This document shows positions 48,811 to 58,135 of a stretch of DNA of 64,000 bases, in pieces. Every line of letters starts with the position of its first letter. Position 1 is the first letter of the stretch. Source of the stretch: Rhodospirillales bacterium (lineage in GTDB: Bacteria; Pseudomonadota; Alphaproteobacteria; Kiloniellales; CBDCUY01). The position numbers and the translations under genes were made by a program. Below the pieces are notes generated by a model. It ran no database searches and was not told the DNA's origin. It was given only the letters and a program-made list of their open reading frames with translations. The DNA is taken from NCBI GenBank assembly GCA_965222795.1, contig OZ244972.1, forward strand, positions 492,286-556,285. Direction: 5' to 3'.

Positions 48811-49443
48811 TCAGTTATCCTCAAGACGCTGGCGGACCGGCGCAAAGGACCGCCGGTGGTGTGGGCTGACGCCCAGGCGGGCGAGACCCTCACGATGTTC
48901 GCGCGTCCCATAGCCACGGTTTCGTTCCCAGCCATAGCCTGGGTTTTCTTCGGCTAGGGTTGTCATTCTTCGGTCGCGGCTCTCCTTGGCGATGATCGAG
49001 GCGGCCGCAATGGAAAGCGAAAGACCATCCCCCTTGATAATCGGTACGGCAAGGCAATCGAGCGACGGCGCCCGGTTGCCGTCGACCAACGCGACATCTG
49101 GGCGAATCGGCAAAGCCTCGATGGCCCGGCGCATGGCCAGCAGGCTCGCCTGCAAGATGTTCAACTCGTCGATCTCGGTGACACTGGCCTCGCCCAACCC
49201 GACCTCGGCCCTAGCCCATATGACCGCCGCCAACTGCTCCCGGCTGCGCGCCGTCAGCCGCTTTGAGTCATCTAGTCTATGGAGAATCTCCGCCGGCAGG
49301 AGGGCCGGGGTCAAGTGGACGGCGGCGGCAACAACGGGGCCGGCCCAAGGTCCCCTCCCGGCCTCGTCAACGCCCACAACCCTTCGCCCACCGGCAGCGC
49401 CATGGGCATCTTCGTAGGAAAAATTTGGCACGCGCTTCAGCAA
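48811..49443 (-). CDS. rnhB: Ribonuclease HII
   Basis: 210 aa. ..VGVDEAGRGPWAGPVVAAAV.., ..DDSKRLT...RE.., ..ASIIAKESRDR.M.. Confidence 0.9.
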   Translation of the reverse strand: MLKRVPNFSYEDAHGAAGGRRVVGVDEAGRGPWAGPVVAAAVHLTPALLPAEILHRLDDSKRLTARSREQLAAVIWARAEVGLGEASVTEIDELNILQASLLAMRRAIEALPIRPDVALVDGNRAPSLDCLAVPIIKGDGLSLSIAAASIIAKESRDRRMTTLAEENPGYGWERNRGYGTREHREGLARLGVSPHHRRSFAPVRQRLEDN

Positions 49444-49452
49444 GCAACTCGG

Positions 49453-50880
49453 TTAGTGTCGCTTGGGTCTATCGCTTCCCGGGTAGCGGCGCAAGCGGTT
49501 CGCGCCGCCGAGATGATCCCCCGGTTGGGTAAAGTTTCCGGGCGGCCCGCCACGCTGGCGAGGGATGATGTCCCCCATCCAGCGGGTGGCATTGTTGGCC
49601 ATGGAGATCATCGCGCTTTCCGCCTTCATCGTTGATCGGAAAAGAGCCGATGCCTCTGGTCCGATGGTCAGGCGTATGGTCTCGCTGCCGGAGGTGACCC
49701 CCAAGAGATCGACCCGGTGGAGACGGCGCGCCGCCTCCATCCAGAAGGGGCTGCCAACAAGCGACAGCACAGTGATGGCGACGATGAGGCGGTGCCCTTC
49801 ATCGGTCAGGACACCGGAGGCGAGACCGAGGGCTGCCAGAATGAAGGAAAATTCGCCCAATTGCGCCAACATGACGCCGGATTGAAAGGCGCGCGGCCAG
49901 GTTTCACCGAGAATTCGGATCAAACCCACATTCAGTGCCGTCTTGAAGAAGGCGACGAAGGTCACGATCGCCATTACGGTCCAAAAATTACTTATTATGT
50001 ACTTGAAGTCGATCAACAAGCCGATGGAAAGGAAAAACACCATCAAGAGGATAGACTGGATGGGGCCGGTGTGTTGGATCATGGTCTGCCGGCTGGTTGA
50101 GTTACCGATCACCAAGCCGGCCAAAAAGGCCCCGTAAGCCGCTGACAGACCAAGCAAGCCAGAAACCGCTGCGGCGCCAAAGCAGAAGACCAGACCAGCA
50201 AGGGGCGTCAGGTCATGGTTCTTGCCGACGATGGTCGCAAACGGCAACTTTAGGCGTTTGCGCCGACTGAGGTAAATGATCAGCAAGCCGAGGAAAAGCA
50301 CCGACAGGCCGGCCTTGATGATGGCGTCAAGGCCGAGGCCGCCTTCGCCCCCAAGGGAGCCCACAATCAGCATCATTGGTACGACGGCCAGGTCCTGCGC
50401 GATCAGCACGCCGATGGTGATCTGGCCCACTCTCGTCCTGAGTTCGCCCACCTCTTCCAGCATCTTGACCGCAACCGCCGTACTGGAAAGCGCCACCACG
50501 AACCCGACGAGGACGATTAACGCCAATGGCCAGTCAAGGTAGTAGCCAAGCGCGCCCATGGCACCCAAACCGACGAGGATTTGCAATGCCGTGGTGATGA
50601 GGGCTATTCGCCAGACCTCCTTGATGCCGCGCAGCGACAGCTCCATGCCGATGAGGAACAGCAGCATCAGAACGCCGAGCTCGGCCAAGGTTTGCACCAT
50701 GGCGCGGTTTTCCACCATGCCGAGCCCGGTCGGCCCCAGTAAGGCACCAGCAAGGATGTAGCCGAGGACCACGGGTTGGCGCAAACGCGCCATGATGACG
50801 CCGCAACCCAAGGCGGCCAGCGCCACGATCGCAAGTCCGGTTAAATCACCGCCGTGTTCATGCATTGCCGATGCCCACAA
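49453..50880 (-). CDS. Cation:proton antiporter (CPA2/Kef-like membrane domain)
   Basis: 475 aa with about 12 hydrophobic helices. N-terminal ..LRQPVVLGYILAGALLGPTGLG.. is typical of the Na+/H+ exchanger family. Short soluble tail. Confidence 0.8.
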   Translation of the reverse strand: MWASAMHEHGGDLTGLAIVALAALGCGVIMARLRQPVVLGYILAGALLGPTGLGMVENRAMVQTLAELGVLMLLFLIGMELSLRGIKEVWRIALITTALQILVGLGAMGALGYYLDWPLALIVLVGFVVALSSTAVAVKMLEEVGELRTRVGQITIGVLIAQDLAVVPMMLIVGSLGGEGGLGLDAIIKAGLSVLFLGLLIIYLSRRKRLKLPFATIVGKNHDLTPLAGLVFCFGAAAVSGLLGLSAAYGAFLAGLVIGNSTSRQTMIQHTGPIQSILLMVFFLSIGLLIDFKYIISNFWTVMAIVTFVAFFKTALNVGLIRILGETWPRAFQSGVMLAQLGEFSFILAALGLASGVLTDEGHRLIVAITVLSLVGSPFWMEAARRLHRVDLLGVTSGSETIRLTIGPEASALFRSTMKAESAMISMANNATRWMGDIIPRQRGGPPGNFTQPGDHLGGANRLRRYPGSDRPKRH

Positions 50881-51092
50881 TATTCCCGTCTATGGATGCC
50901 ACGCGGCCCTTCATATTCCGCTAAGATCACCGAAGGAGGGTGCATTTTCCCATGTGGATTGTTCCGCCCGATGACGGCGAAGGAATCCCACATGTCTTAT
51001 TCCAGCCTGCAAATAGACCAGCAATAGGATGACGAAATCACATTATAGCTAAACTGTGGTCTTCCGTGGGCATTACAAGGCGAACTTCGCCC

Positions 51093-52169
51093 TCACAACA
51101 ACTGCAGCTGCTGTGGCTGTCCGGCGGGTGGCCGAAAGGCATCTGTATCAAGTTTCTCGCGATCCTTGTTCAGTCCCAACCGACGGCAAGCCAACTCAAA
51201 GCGACGGGCGAGCGCCTCAGCATAAATGCCCTGGCCTCTCTGCCGGCGGCCAAAGGTCGGGTCGTAAAGCGCCCCGCCGCGCATCTGGCGCATCAGACTG
51301 AGGACATGTTGAGCCTTGCCCGGATAGTGGGATTTCAGCCATTCGGTGAAGAGCTGCTTTATCTCCAGTGGCAGCCGCAGCACAACATAGCCGGCAGTGA
51401 CTGCCCCGGCCTTCGCCGCCTCGTGTAGTATAGTCTCCAGCTCGCAGTCATTTAGAGCCGGGATCATCGGCGCGGCCAAGACCCCCACCGGCACGCCGGC
51501 GGCAGCAAGCCCCCTCACCGTCTCCAGCCGCAGGCCAGGAGCGCTGGCCCTCGGTTCCATGCTTCGCGCCAACTCTTTGTCGAAGGTAGTGATGGAGACC
51601 ATGACCTGCGCCAGCCCCTCCCTTCCCATGGGCGCAAGGATATCGAGATCACGCAGCACCAATTTGGACTTGGTCACGATACACACGGGATGGCGGCATT
51701 CATGCAGAACCTCCAAAATCGATCGGGTGATGGCAAGCCGGCGCTCGATTGGCTGATAGGGATCGGTGTTCGCCCCGAGCGCCAGCAAATCGGCGCGGTA
51801 TCCTGGCTTTGCCAGCTCCTTCCTTAGAAGCCGCGCCGCATCCGGCTTGGCAAATAGCTTGGTCTCGAAATCCAATCCCGGAGACAACCCAAGCCAGGCG
51901 TGCGTGGGCCGGGCAAAACAATAAATGCAGCCATGCTCGCAGCCGCGATAGGGATTGATGGAGCGATCGAAGGGTACATCGGGCGAGGTGTTACGGGCGA
52001 TAATGCTGCGGCTATGATCGATCGCGATCGTGGTCTTTTCGCCCGTTTCGTCGTCTTGCAACCACCAGCCGTCGTCAAAGCTTTCACGCTTTTCCGCCTC
52101 GTAGCGGCCGGTCGGATTGATCGTTGCCCCGCGACCTTTGACTCTTGATCTTTCCCCGGCCTGGTCCAT
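51093..52169 (-). CDS. Radical SAM protein, PA0069/SplB-like family
   Basis: 358 aa. N-terminal ..KGRGATINPTGRYE.. Cluster motif CEHGCIYC (Cx3Cx2C). ..ALGANTDPYQPIE.. Confidence 0.8.
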   Translation of the reverse strand: MDQAGERSRVKGRGATINPTGRYEAEKRESFDDGWWLQDDETGEKTTIAIDHSRSIIARNTSPDVPFDRSINPYRGCEHGCIYCFARPTHAWLGLSPGLDFETKLFAKPDAARLLRKELAKPGYRADLLALGANTDPYQPIERRLAITRSILEVLHECRHPVCIVTKSKLVLRDLDILAPMGREGLAQVMVSITTFDKELARSMEPRASAPGLRLETVRGLAAAGVPVGVLAAPMIPALNDCELETILHEAAKAGAVTAGYVVLRLPLEIKQLFTEWLKSHYPGKAQHVLSLMRQMRGGALYDPTFGRRQRGQGIYAEALARRFELACRRLGLNKDREKLDTDAFRPPAGQPQQLQLL

Positions 52170-52230
52170 GAACCAAGTCTAGGGCAATCAATCGGAACAA
52201 ATCAAGAACAAAAAGTGAGGTCAAAGCCGA

Positions 52231-53313
52231 TCAAAACAGGTCATAGAGGGATGGAGAATCCAGCCATTCGCCGCGCATGCGCCTTAGGCTCGCATGACTG
52301 AGATAGTCGTCGACCCTACCGGCGACGTGATTGATCACCGCGGCATCGCTGTTCTCGGCCGACCAATCCTCAGTGCTTTGCCTCTCGTGCTTGTTTTCGA
52401 GACTGGATTGCCGGTGCAGCACCTGCCACTTGGCGCACCAGGTAATCGCCCTCAAGAACAGGAGCCGCCGCATCGGCACCAGCCATGGCCGCAGCTGCTC
52501 CGCCCGGGCCTTTGGTAGGGAACGCAGATAATGCCGATAAAATGAAGCAACCTCTGCCAACGACAACTCGGCATAGCTATCCGGATCCCAGGTCGTGGAG
52601 GAGTAGACGCTGCTGTGCGCTAGGTCTATGCCGGCGGAACCGTATAGCGCCTTCTCTAGGTCGACAATGAACGCCCGGCCGCTCTGGTCGATGACGAAGT
52701 TGGCCGGATGCGTGTCGGTTAGCACCAGGCAAATCGGCTGATCACTATTACAGTTATCTGACAAGAACTCTCGGGCCCACGTCAGTTCGGTGTCGATTTC
52801 CCCCCGTGCAGCGGTGCTAAGATTCGCGGCATCGAGAAAGGCAGCCTGCTGTGCGATCTCCTCCATGATGCCGGCAACCGGATCGCGGTGATCGGCGAGC
52901 GGTGCTCGGGCCTCTGGCTCCGGCACCGCCATGCCATGCACCGCCGCCATACATTCGGCCAAGGCCGGCAGATCGCCCGGAAGTTCGGGCGCACGACCGC
53001 GAACGTGGTCGACCACCAGGGCCCCCATGGGAACCGACGGCCCCGGTCGAATGACACCATGAAGGCGCGGCGCAAAACCGCTGTCGCTCACCCGGCGAAA
53101 ACAGGATTCTTGATAGATGAGATTGTCGCGTGCCGACAGCGCGAACTGACTCTGCTTAGGAACCCGCAGCAATTGGTCCGTGCCGAGGATGGCAACATGG
53201 TCATGAGCAAGGCCGCGGAATGGCAAGGGCTGCAGGTCTTCCGGCCCCACTCCGGAGTAGGCTGGGATCTGAGTCAGTTCTTTGTGCAGGGCTTCGAGCA
53301 ATTCTTGATGCAT
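52231..53313 (-). CDS. Phosphotransferase-family (APH / choline-kinase-like) protein
   Basis: 360 aa. Kinase-like catalytic loop ..LVLTDTHPANFVID..GRAFIVDLEKA.. (Brenner-type H.N...D followed by D.E). Confidence 0.65.
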   Translation of the reverse strand: MHQELLEALHKELTQIPAYSGVGPEDLQPLPFRGLAHDHVAILGTDQLLRVPKQSQFALSARDNLIYQESCFRRVSDSGFAPRLHGVIRPGPSVPMGALVVDHVRGRAPELPGDLPALAECMAAVHGMAVPEPEARAPLADHRDPVAGIMEEIAQQAAFLDAANLSTAARGEIDTELTWAREFLSDNCNSDQPICLVLTDTHPANFVIDQSGRAFIVDLEKALYGSAGIDLAHSSVYSSTTWDPDSYAELSLAEVASFYRHYLRSLPKARAEQLRPWLVPMRRLLFLRAITWCAKWQVLHRQSSLENKHERQSTEDWSAENSDAAVINHVAGRVDDYLSHASLRRMRGEWLDSPSLYDLF

Positions 53314-53390
53314 GGCAGGTGACGCCTAGCACAAATGCCGGCCCACTTCCTAGCTCGCGGTAAACCGCGGTCCTGTGATATCACCGCGCC

Positions 53391-54083
53391 ATGGAAGGCC
53401 CCGACCTCAGCATCGTGATTCCGGCACTCAACGCGGCCGAAACTCTGCCGACAACGTTGGCAGCCCTGGCTAGCCCTGGTGGTGAAAATTTCACTACCGA
53501 AATCATCCTCGTCGACGGTAGCTCCACAGACGCTACCGTGGCGTTGGCCGCAAGCCGGGGAGTCACGGTAATCCCCAGCTTAGCGGGACGGGGTCTGCAG
53601 CTCCAGGCAGGCGCAAAGGCCGCGAAGGCTCCTTGGTTGCTGTTCCTGCACGCCGATACACGGCTTGCCGATGGCTGGGTCGATGCGGCACGCGATTTTC
53701 AAGGTGTCGACAAAGCCGAAGATAAGGCCGCGGTCTTCACCCTCCAACTGGACGACGGGGACCCACGCGCCCGCCGGATCGAGCGTTTGGCCGCCTGGCG
53801 GGCTCGTCGCCTCGGGCTGCCCTATGGCGACCAAGGACTTCTTATCTCGCGAGGTTTTTACGACCGCGTGGGCGGCTATCGGTCATTGCCCTTAATGGAG
53901 GATGTAGATCTGGTTCGGCGGATCGGCAGCGAGCGCATAGTCACGCTACCCGTCGCGGCCATTACTTCTGCAAAACGCTATCGCCGAGATGGTTGGTGGC
54001 TGCGACCAATGCGCAACCTCTGCGTCCTCGTCCTCTACTTCCTGGGCGTTCCCAGCACATTGCTGCAGCGGCTCTACGGGTGA
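53391..54083 (+). CDS. GT2-type glycosyltransferase; resembles the TIGR04283 family (database label 'arsenosugar biosynthesis / rSAM-selenodomain-associated')
   Basis: 230 aa. ..LSIVIPALNAAETLPTTL..EIILVDGSSTDATV...GRGLQLQAGAKAA.APWLLFLHADTRL.. matches the family pattern as I recall it. Confidence 0.7.
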   Translation: MEGPDLSIVIPALNAAETLPTTLAALASPGGENFTTEIILVDGSSTDATVALAASRGVTVIPSLAGRGLQLQAGAKAAKAPWLLFLHADTRLADGWVDAARDFQGVDKAEDKAAVFTLQLDDGDPRARRIERLAAWRARRLGLPYGDQGLLISRGFYDRVGGYRSLPLMEDVDLVRRIGSERIVTLPVAAITSAKRYRRDGWWLRPMRNLCVLVLYFLGVPSTLLQRLYG

Positions 54084-54688
54084 GGCAGCGTCGAAACCTG
54101 GTCATCTTCCTGCGTCAGCCGCTCCTTGGCACGGTGAAGCGCCGCCTCAGCCGCGACCTCGGCACGACCGAGGCACTACGTCTTTACCGGCAAATGACCA
54201 CAATCTTGATTGGCCGTTTGGGGCGAGATCGGCGCTGGCAGACTTGGCTCGCGGTGACACCGGGGCCGGCAGCCCGACAAGCACAGCGTATTTGGCGCAC
54301 CAGCCTTCCTAGCCTACCGCAGCCGCGGGGCGACCTGGGCACCCGCATGCTACTGTGCCTGCGCCGATTCCCAAGGGAGCGGACCATCATTGTCGGCTCG
54401 GACATTCCCGGTATCACTGCCGGCCACGTCATGGCAGCCTTCCATGCCCTTGACGCTGCCGACTGGGTCCTGGGGCCAGCCGAGGACGGTGGCTACTGGC
54501 TGATCGGCACGCGCCAACAACCCGTCGGCTTCGACCCTTTTCTGGATGTGCGGTGGTCCAGCTCGGCCTCCCTTAGCGATACCCTCGCTAACCTCGGCGG
54601 CCGTCGCGTCGCCCTAGTCGATAAATTACGGGATTTGGATACGCTGGCCGATCTGAAACATCTGACCACAAGTTTGGAGAGGCACTAG
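54080..54688 (+). CDS. DUF2064 / TIGR04282-like nucleotidyl-transferase-fold protein
   Basis: GTG at 54080 overlaps the upstream TGA (GTGA). ..LVIFLRQPLLGTVKRRL...LG...A..LY......PRGDLGTRM...IIVGSDIPGIT...AF.AL...DWVLGPAEDGGYWLIG....W.S.......L.. are the signature blocks of DUF2064. The ORF nominally opens at 53993 inside the upstream gene. Confidence 0.7.
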   Translation: MRQRRNLVIFLRQPLLGTVKRRLSRDLGTTEALRLYRQMTTILIGRLGRDRRWQTWLAVTPGPAARQAQRIWRTSLPSLPQPRGDLGTRMLLCLRRFPRERTIIVGSDIPGITAGHVMAAFHALDAADWVLGPAEDGGYWLIGTRQQPVGFDPFLDVRWSSSASLSDTLANLGGRRVALVDKLRDLDTLADLKHLTTSLERH

Positions 54689-55230
54689 CCCGAAGTGGCC
54701 AAGTGCTCCTTCAAGCGCGGCATCAGCTCCACCAAATTGCAGGGGCGATGGCGATAGTCCAACTGGTATCGCAAGATCTCCTGCCAACCGTCCTTGCAGG
54801 CGCCGGGAGAGCCTGGCAGGGCGAAGAGATAGGTACCATCGGCAACACCGCCCAGCGCCCGGCTCTGGATCGTCGACGTGCCGACCTTCTGGTAGCTGAT
54901 CCAGCGGAACAACTCGCCAAAACCTTCGATTTCCTTTTCAAGCACCCGGGCAAAGGCCTCCGGCGTGACATCCCTGCCGGTTACCCCTGTGCCGCCGGTG
55001 GTGATCACCACATCGACAGAAGGATCGGCAACCAGTGCCTGCAGCGCCGTCTCGATCGCATCCGCATCGTCGCGAATGATGTCACGCTTGACCACCTGGT
55101 GGCCGTCGCCGGTGATCATCTCCTGCAGGCGGTCACCGGACCTGTCCTCGGCCAGACTGCGAGTGTCCGAAATCGTCAAGACGGCGATGTTAACAGGGAG
55201 AAATGATCGAGATTCGTCAATTCCGGGCAT
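54685..55230 (-). CDS. moaB: Molybdenum cofactor biosynthesis protein B
   Basis: ..IAVLTISDTRS..EDRSGD.L......GH.VV.......D...I........VDVVITTGGTGVTGRDVTPEA......KEIEGFGELFR.ISY..VGTSTIQSRA.GGVA....LFALPGSPGACKDGW.EIL..QLD.R.RPCN is near-colinear with E. coli MoaB. Start at 55230; the ORF extends to 55302. Confidence 0.9.
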   Translation of the reverse strand: MPGIDESRSFLPVNIAVLTISDTRSLAEDRSGDRLQEMITGDGHQVVKRDIIRDDADAIETALQALVADPSVDVVITTGGTGVTGRDVTPEAFARVLEKEIEGFGELFRWISYQKVGTSTIQSRALGGVADGTYLFALPGSPGACKDGWQEILRYQLDYRHRPCNLVELMPRLKEHLATSG

Positions 55231-57106
55231 TCTGCACCACCTCGCTCGGCCCAAAATCCAGCCGCTCGTAGCTCGGCCACTCCCCGGAGGCCAGAGCAAC
55301 AAGAGAAGCAGGGGGCTGACCGAGGCGATGGCGATATACCCATAGATTGGTCAGGACGCGCTCGATGAAAAGGCGTGTTTCGCGTGACGGCAAACTTTCT
55401 ATGAAAAGCAGCGGGTCATTGTCATAGCTCGTCTTGCGATCCCATTTGCCGAGATTACCGGGCCCGCCGTTGTAGGCGGCTGCCAGGCGAAAGAGATCGC
55501 CTTGCACGGCTTCATGCTGCAGAAGATAGCTGACATAGCGTTGGCCGAGATCAATATTCAATTGTGGATCGAAGAGCCGGCGCCGTTCGTTGCCGCGAAA
55601 GCGCTCGCCGGCAACATAACTGGCTGTCCTCGGCATCAACTGCATCAGCCCTCTTGCACCGTCCTTGCTCTTGGCTCGCGGATTGAAGCCGGATTCCTGC
55701 CGCATGAGAGCATAGACAAGGGCCCGGTCCACGAGAAAACCTTCCTCCGGCTGCCAAGGCGGGATCGGATATAGGCCCGCGATCAACGAATCAGGACTAC
55801 CGAGTTCTCTGTCCGAGTCCTTTAGGTAGCGGGCGAATTTGAAGGCGAGCTGGGGCATCTGCGCACCATCAGCGACTGCCAGGAGGCCTTCGACGATCGT
55901 CTGGTCATGCCAGGGACCAAGGCGCAACAATTCCTCCTCCGCGCGCTGACGTTGGTCGGCTTGCAGAAGGGCCAGCGCCCGCGATCCGCCGGACTGCTGC
56001 AGCACAGCAGCAATGGCGCCGTCGTTCACGGGCCGGTCGGCAAACACAAAGTCGGTCACTTGACCCAGCGCTTCGCGCGCCAGAAGGCCGTAGAACGTCA
56101 AAGGATAGTCCGCGGCAATGCGAAGCCAACGGCTCATTTCCGTCGGACGTTTGAGTTTGAGGTTGGCACGGGCAGCCCAATAGGCACCGGCTGCTAGGTT
56201 CCAATCCGAAACTTTGGCCGACGAGGCTAAGGCTTGAAAATGCTCGGCCGCTTGCTCCGTTTCGCCCATGCGCCAAGCCGCCAGACCCGCCGTCCAATGG
56301 GCAATGGGCACATGCTCCCCAGAGCGCGAAGCGGCTCTGCTTGCAAGATCATAAGCTTTCTCGTCGTTGCCATAGTGATACCAGCCAGCGGCAACGCTGG
56401 CTGTTGCCTGGTCGCGCTCCACCTGGTCGAGCAGGCGCTTAGCGGACTTGCCGGCAATCAACTTTTCCGCTGCACTGAGGCGCGTCCGCAAAACCTTGCG
56501 GCGAATATCCTGCTTCAGGCGAGCTGCGCTGCGACGCCCCTTCTTTCCAAGACGCTTGGTCGACTGGTAGGTCTCGCCGCCCCGATTGACGGCTTCCTGG
56601 TTCAGCAGGCCATCTGTAATTTCCGGTTCCTTTGGACCCAAATGGTTTCTCGGTCGCCGCTTAATCGCCAGTTTATGGATCCGTTTTGCCTGCGGATGAT
56701 CGGCGTAATCGGCCATCCAGGCCTTAAGTTCTTTGTAAGTCGAACGGTAGGCAGTGGGGTGCAAGTAGCGCTGGGCCAAGACATGGCCCATCAGCCGTTG
56801 ATCTTGCAGGCTGGCGATCAAGCGGTCGGCCGCCTTGATGTTACCTTCCTCTTGCTGGGCAAAGATATCTCGATAGAGCTGCGCGTCTTCCGGTGTCAGG
56901 ATACGCGGCAAACTACCGGGTGTTTGCGCCACTCGTGGCATCAACGCGGCGGTCTCGATGCGTCGCGCCGTGTCTTCTCCTGCAGCAACGGGACCAAGCA
57001 GCACAGGCCCCAAGATAGCAACCGCAATCAGGCTACTCAGTGTTTTCACTCGCAAGATATACAAGAGGGACCCCCAAAAAATTCGGTTGATAAGGGTAGT
57101 CAACAC
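55217..57106 (-). CDS. Soluble lytic murein transglycosylase (Slt70-like)
   Basis: 629 aa with a signal/anchor, a superhelical N-terminal region, and the C-terminal SLT domain (..LMRQESGFNPRAKSKDGARGLMQLMPRTA..AAYNGGPGN..). Confidence 0.85.
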   Translation of the reverse strand: MLTTLINRIFWGSLLYILRVKTLSSLIAVAILGPVLLGPVAAGEDTARRIETAALMPRVAQTPGSLPRILTPEDAQLYRDIFAQQEEGNIKAADRLIASLQDQRLMGHVLAQRYLHPTAYRSTYKELKAWMADYADHPQAKRIHKLAIKRRPRNHLGPKEPEITDGLLNQEAVNRGGETYQSTKRLGKKGRRSAARLKQDIRRKVLRTRLSAAEKLIAGKSAKRLLDQVERDQATASVAAGWYHYGNDEKAYDLASRAASRSGEHVPIAHWTAGLAAWRMGETEQAAEHFQALASSAKVSDWNLAAGAYWAARANLKLKRPTEMSRWLRIAADYPLTFYGLLAREALGQVTDFVFADRPVNDGAIAAVLQQSGGSRALALLQADQRQRAEEELLRLGPWHDQTIVEGLLAVADGAQMPQLAFKFARYLKDSDRELGSPDSLIAGLYPIPPWQPEEGFLVDRALVYALMRQESGFNPRAKSKDGARGLMQLMPRTASYVAGERFRGNERRRLFDPQLNIDLGQRYVSYLLQHEAVQGDLFRLAAAYNGGPGNLGKWDRKTSYDNDPLLFIESLPSRETRLFIERVLTNLWVYRHRLGQPPASLVALASGEWPSYERLDFGPSEVVQNARN

Positions 57107-57168
57107 AACTGATGATGGCCATATAGGCTTGCCGATTCCTGGTTTATTTTGCGTTAAACGTCAGCCAG

Positions 57169-58062
57169 TTAAGACATTGATAATGGATTTTCGCCGCGGG
57201 CGATCGCTTGTCGGAAGGCAAGGAAATCGCGCCAGGCCAGACGTTTTTGTGCCGGCTGCCGCAAAAGATACGCCGGGTGAAGCGTCGCTAGCGCCGGGAT
57301 CGGCTTGGCAAGCCCGGGCTGATCATAGGCCTCCCAGCGGCCACGCAGACGCAAGATCCCCTGGGTGCGGCCCAGCAACGTCTTTGCTGAAATACCGCCG
57401 ATCAACAGCAGGTAGTCGGGCTGAATGATCGCGATCTGACGCTGCATGAAGGGCAGGCAAACGGCAATTTCCTGTGCTGTCGGTGTCCGATTGCCCGGTG
57501 GCCGCCAGTAGATGACGTTGGTGATGTGGACTTGTTGCCGATCAAGGCCGATGGCCGCCAGCATGCGGTCGAGCAACTTGCCGCTACGCCCGACAAAGGG
57601 CAGGCCTTGGCGGTCCTCTTCCGGACCGGGTGCCTCGCCGATGATCATGTAGCGGGCTTCGGGATTGCCATCGGCAAAACAAAGACGGGTGGCGGTCGCC
57701 TTCAAGGGACAACCATCAAAGGCCTCTAACACCTGCTTGAGATCAGCGATGCTTTGGGCCGCCGCGGCCAGTTCACTTGCCGTAGCAGCCGCGCTCCGGG
57801 GTGATGCGAGAGTTCCGGGCTGAGGTTGCCAAAACGATGGCTGAGGCGCGACCGGCGCGACCATGGGATCAGCGACCATGGGATCAGTCGGCGGCGAATT
57901 GGGTGTTGGTGGCTGTGGCGAAGTGACCTGTTCTTCGATTCGGGGCTTGGGATCGCGCAGGCGGTTCCGCGGTTCCCCACCGATCGGCTCGTCGACGCCC
58001 GCTGCAATCTGCCATTCCAGCATTGCCAGCAACTTTCGTGCGTCATCGCATTCTTTCGCCAT
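57169..58062 (-). CDS. Family 4 uracil-DNA glycosylase with an N-terminal extension
   Basis: C-terminal 180 aa: ..[30 protein letters not shown]....N...WRPPGNR.P......C.PF...Q......L..LGG.....L.......RG.W......[10 protein letters not shown]. The N-terminal ~115 aa is Pro-rich. Confidence 0.85.
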   Translation of the reverse strand: MAKECDDARKLLAMLEWQIAAGVDEPIGGEPRNRLRDPKPRIEEQVTSPQPPTPNSPPTDPMVADPMVAPVAPQPSFWQPQPGTLASPRSAAATASELAAAAQSIADLKQVLEAFDGCPLKATATRLCFADGNPEARYMIIGEAPGPEEDRQGLPFVGRSGKLLDRMLAAIGLDRQQVHITNVIYWRPPGNRTPTAQEIAVCLPFMQRQIAIIQPDYLLLIGGISAKTLLGRTQGILRLRGRWEAYDQPGLAKPIPALATLHPAYLLRQPAQKRLAWRDFLAFRQAIARGENPLSMS

Positions 58063-58135
58063 AGCCCGCTGTTATCGCCTGTATTATGGTGCCGGTGCAA
58101 CCAGGCAATAGCGATCGCACGGAGATAGGGACGAG

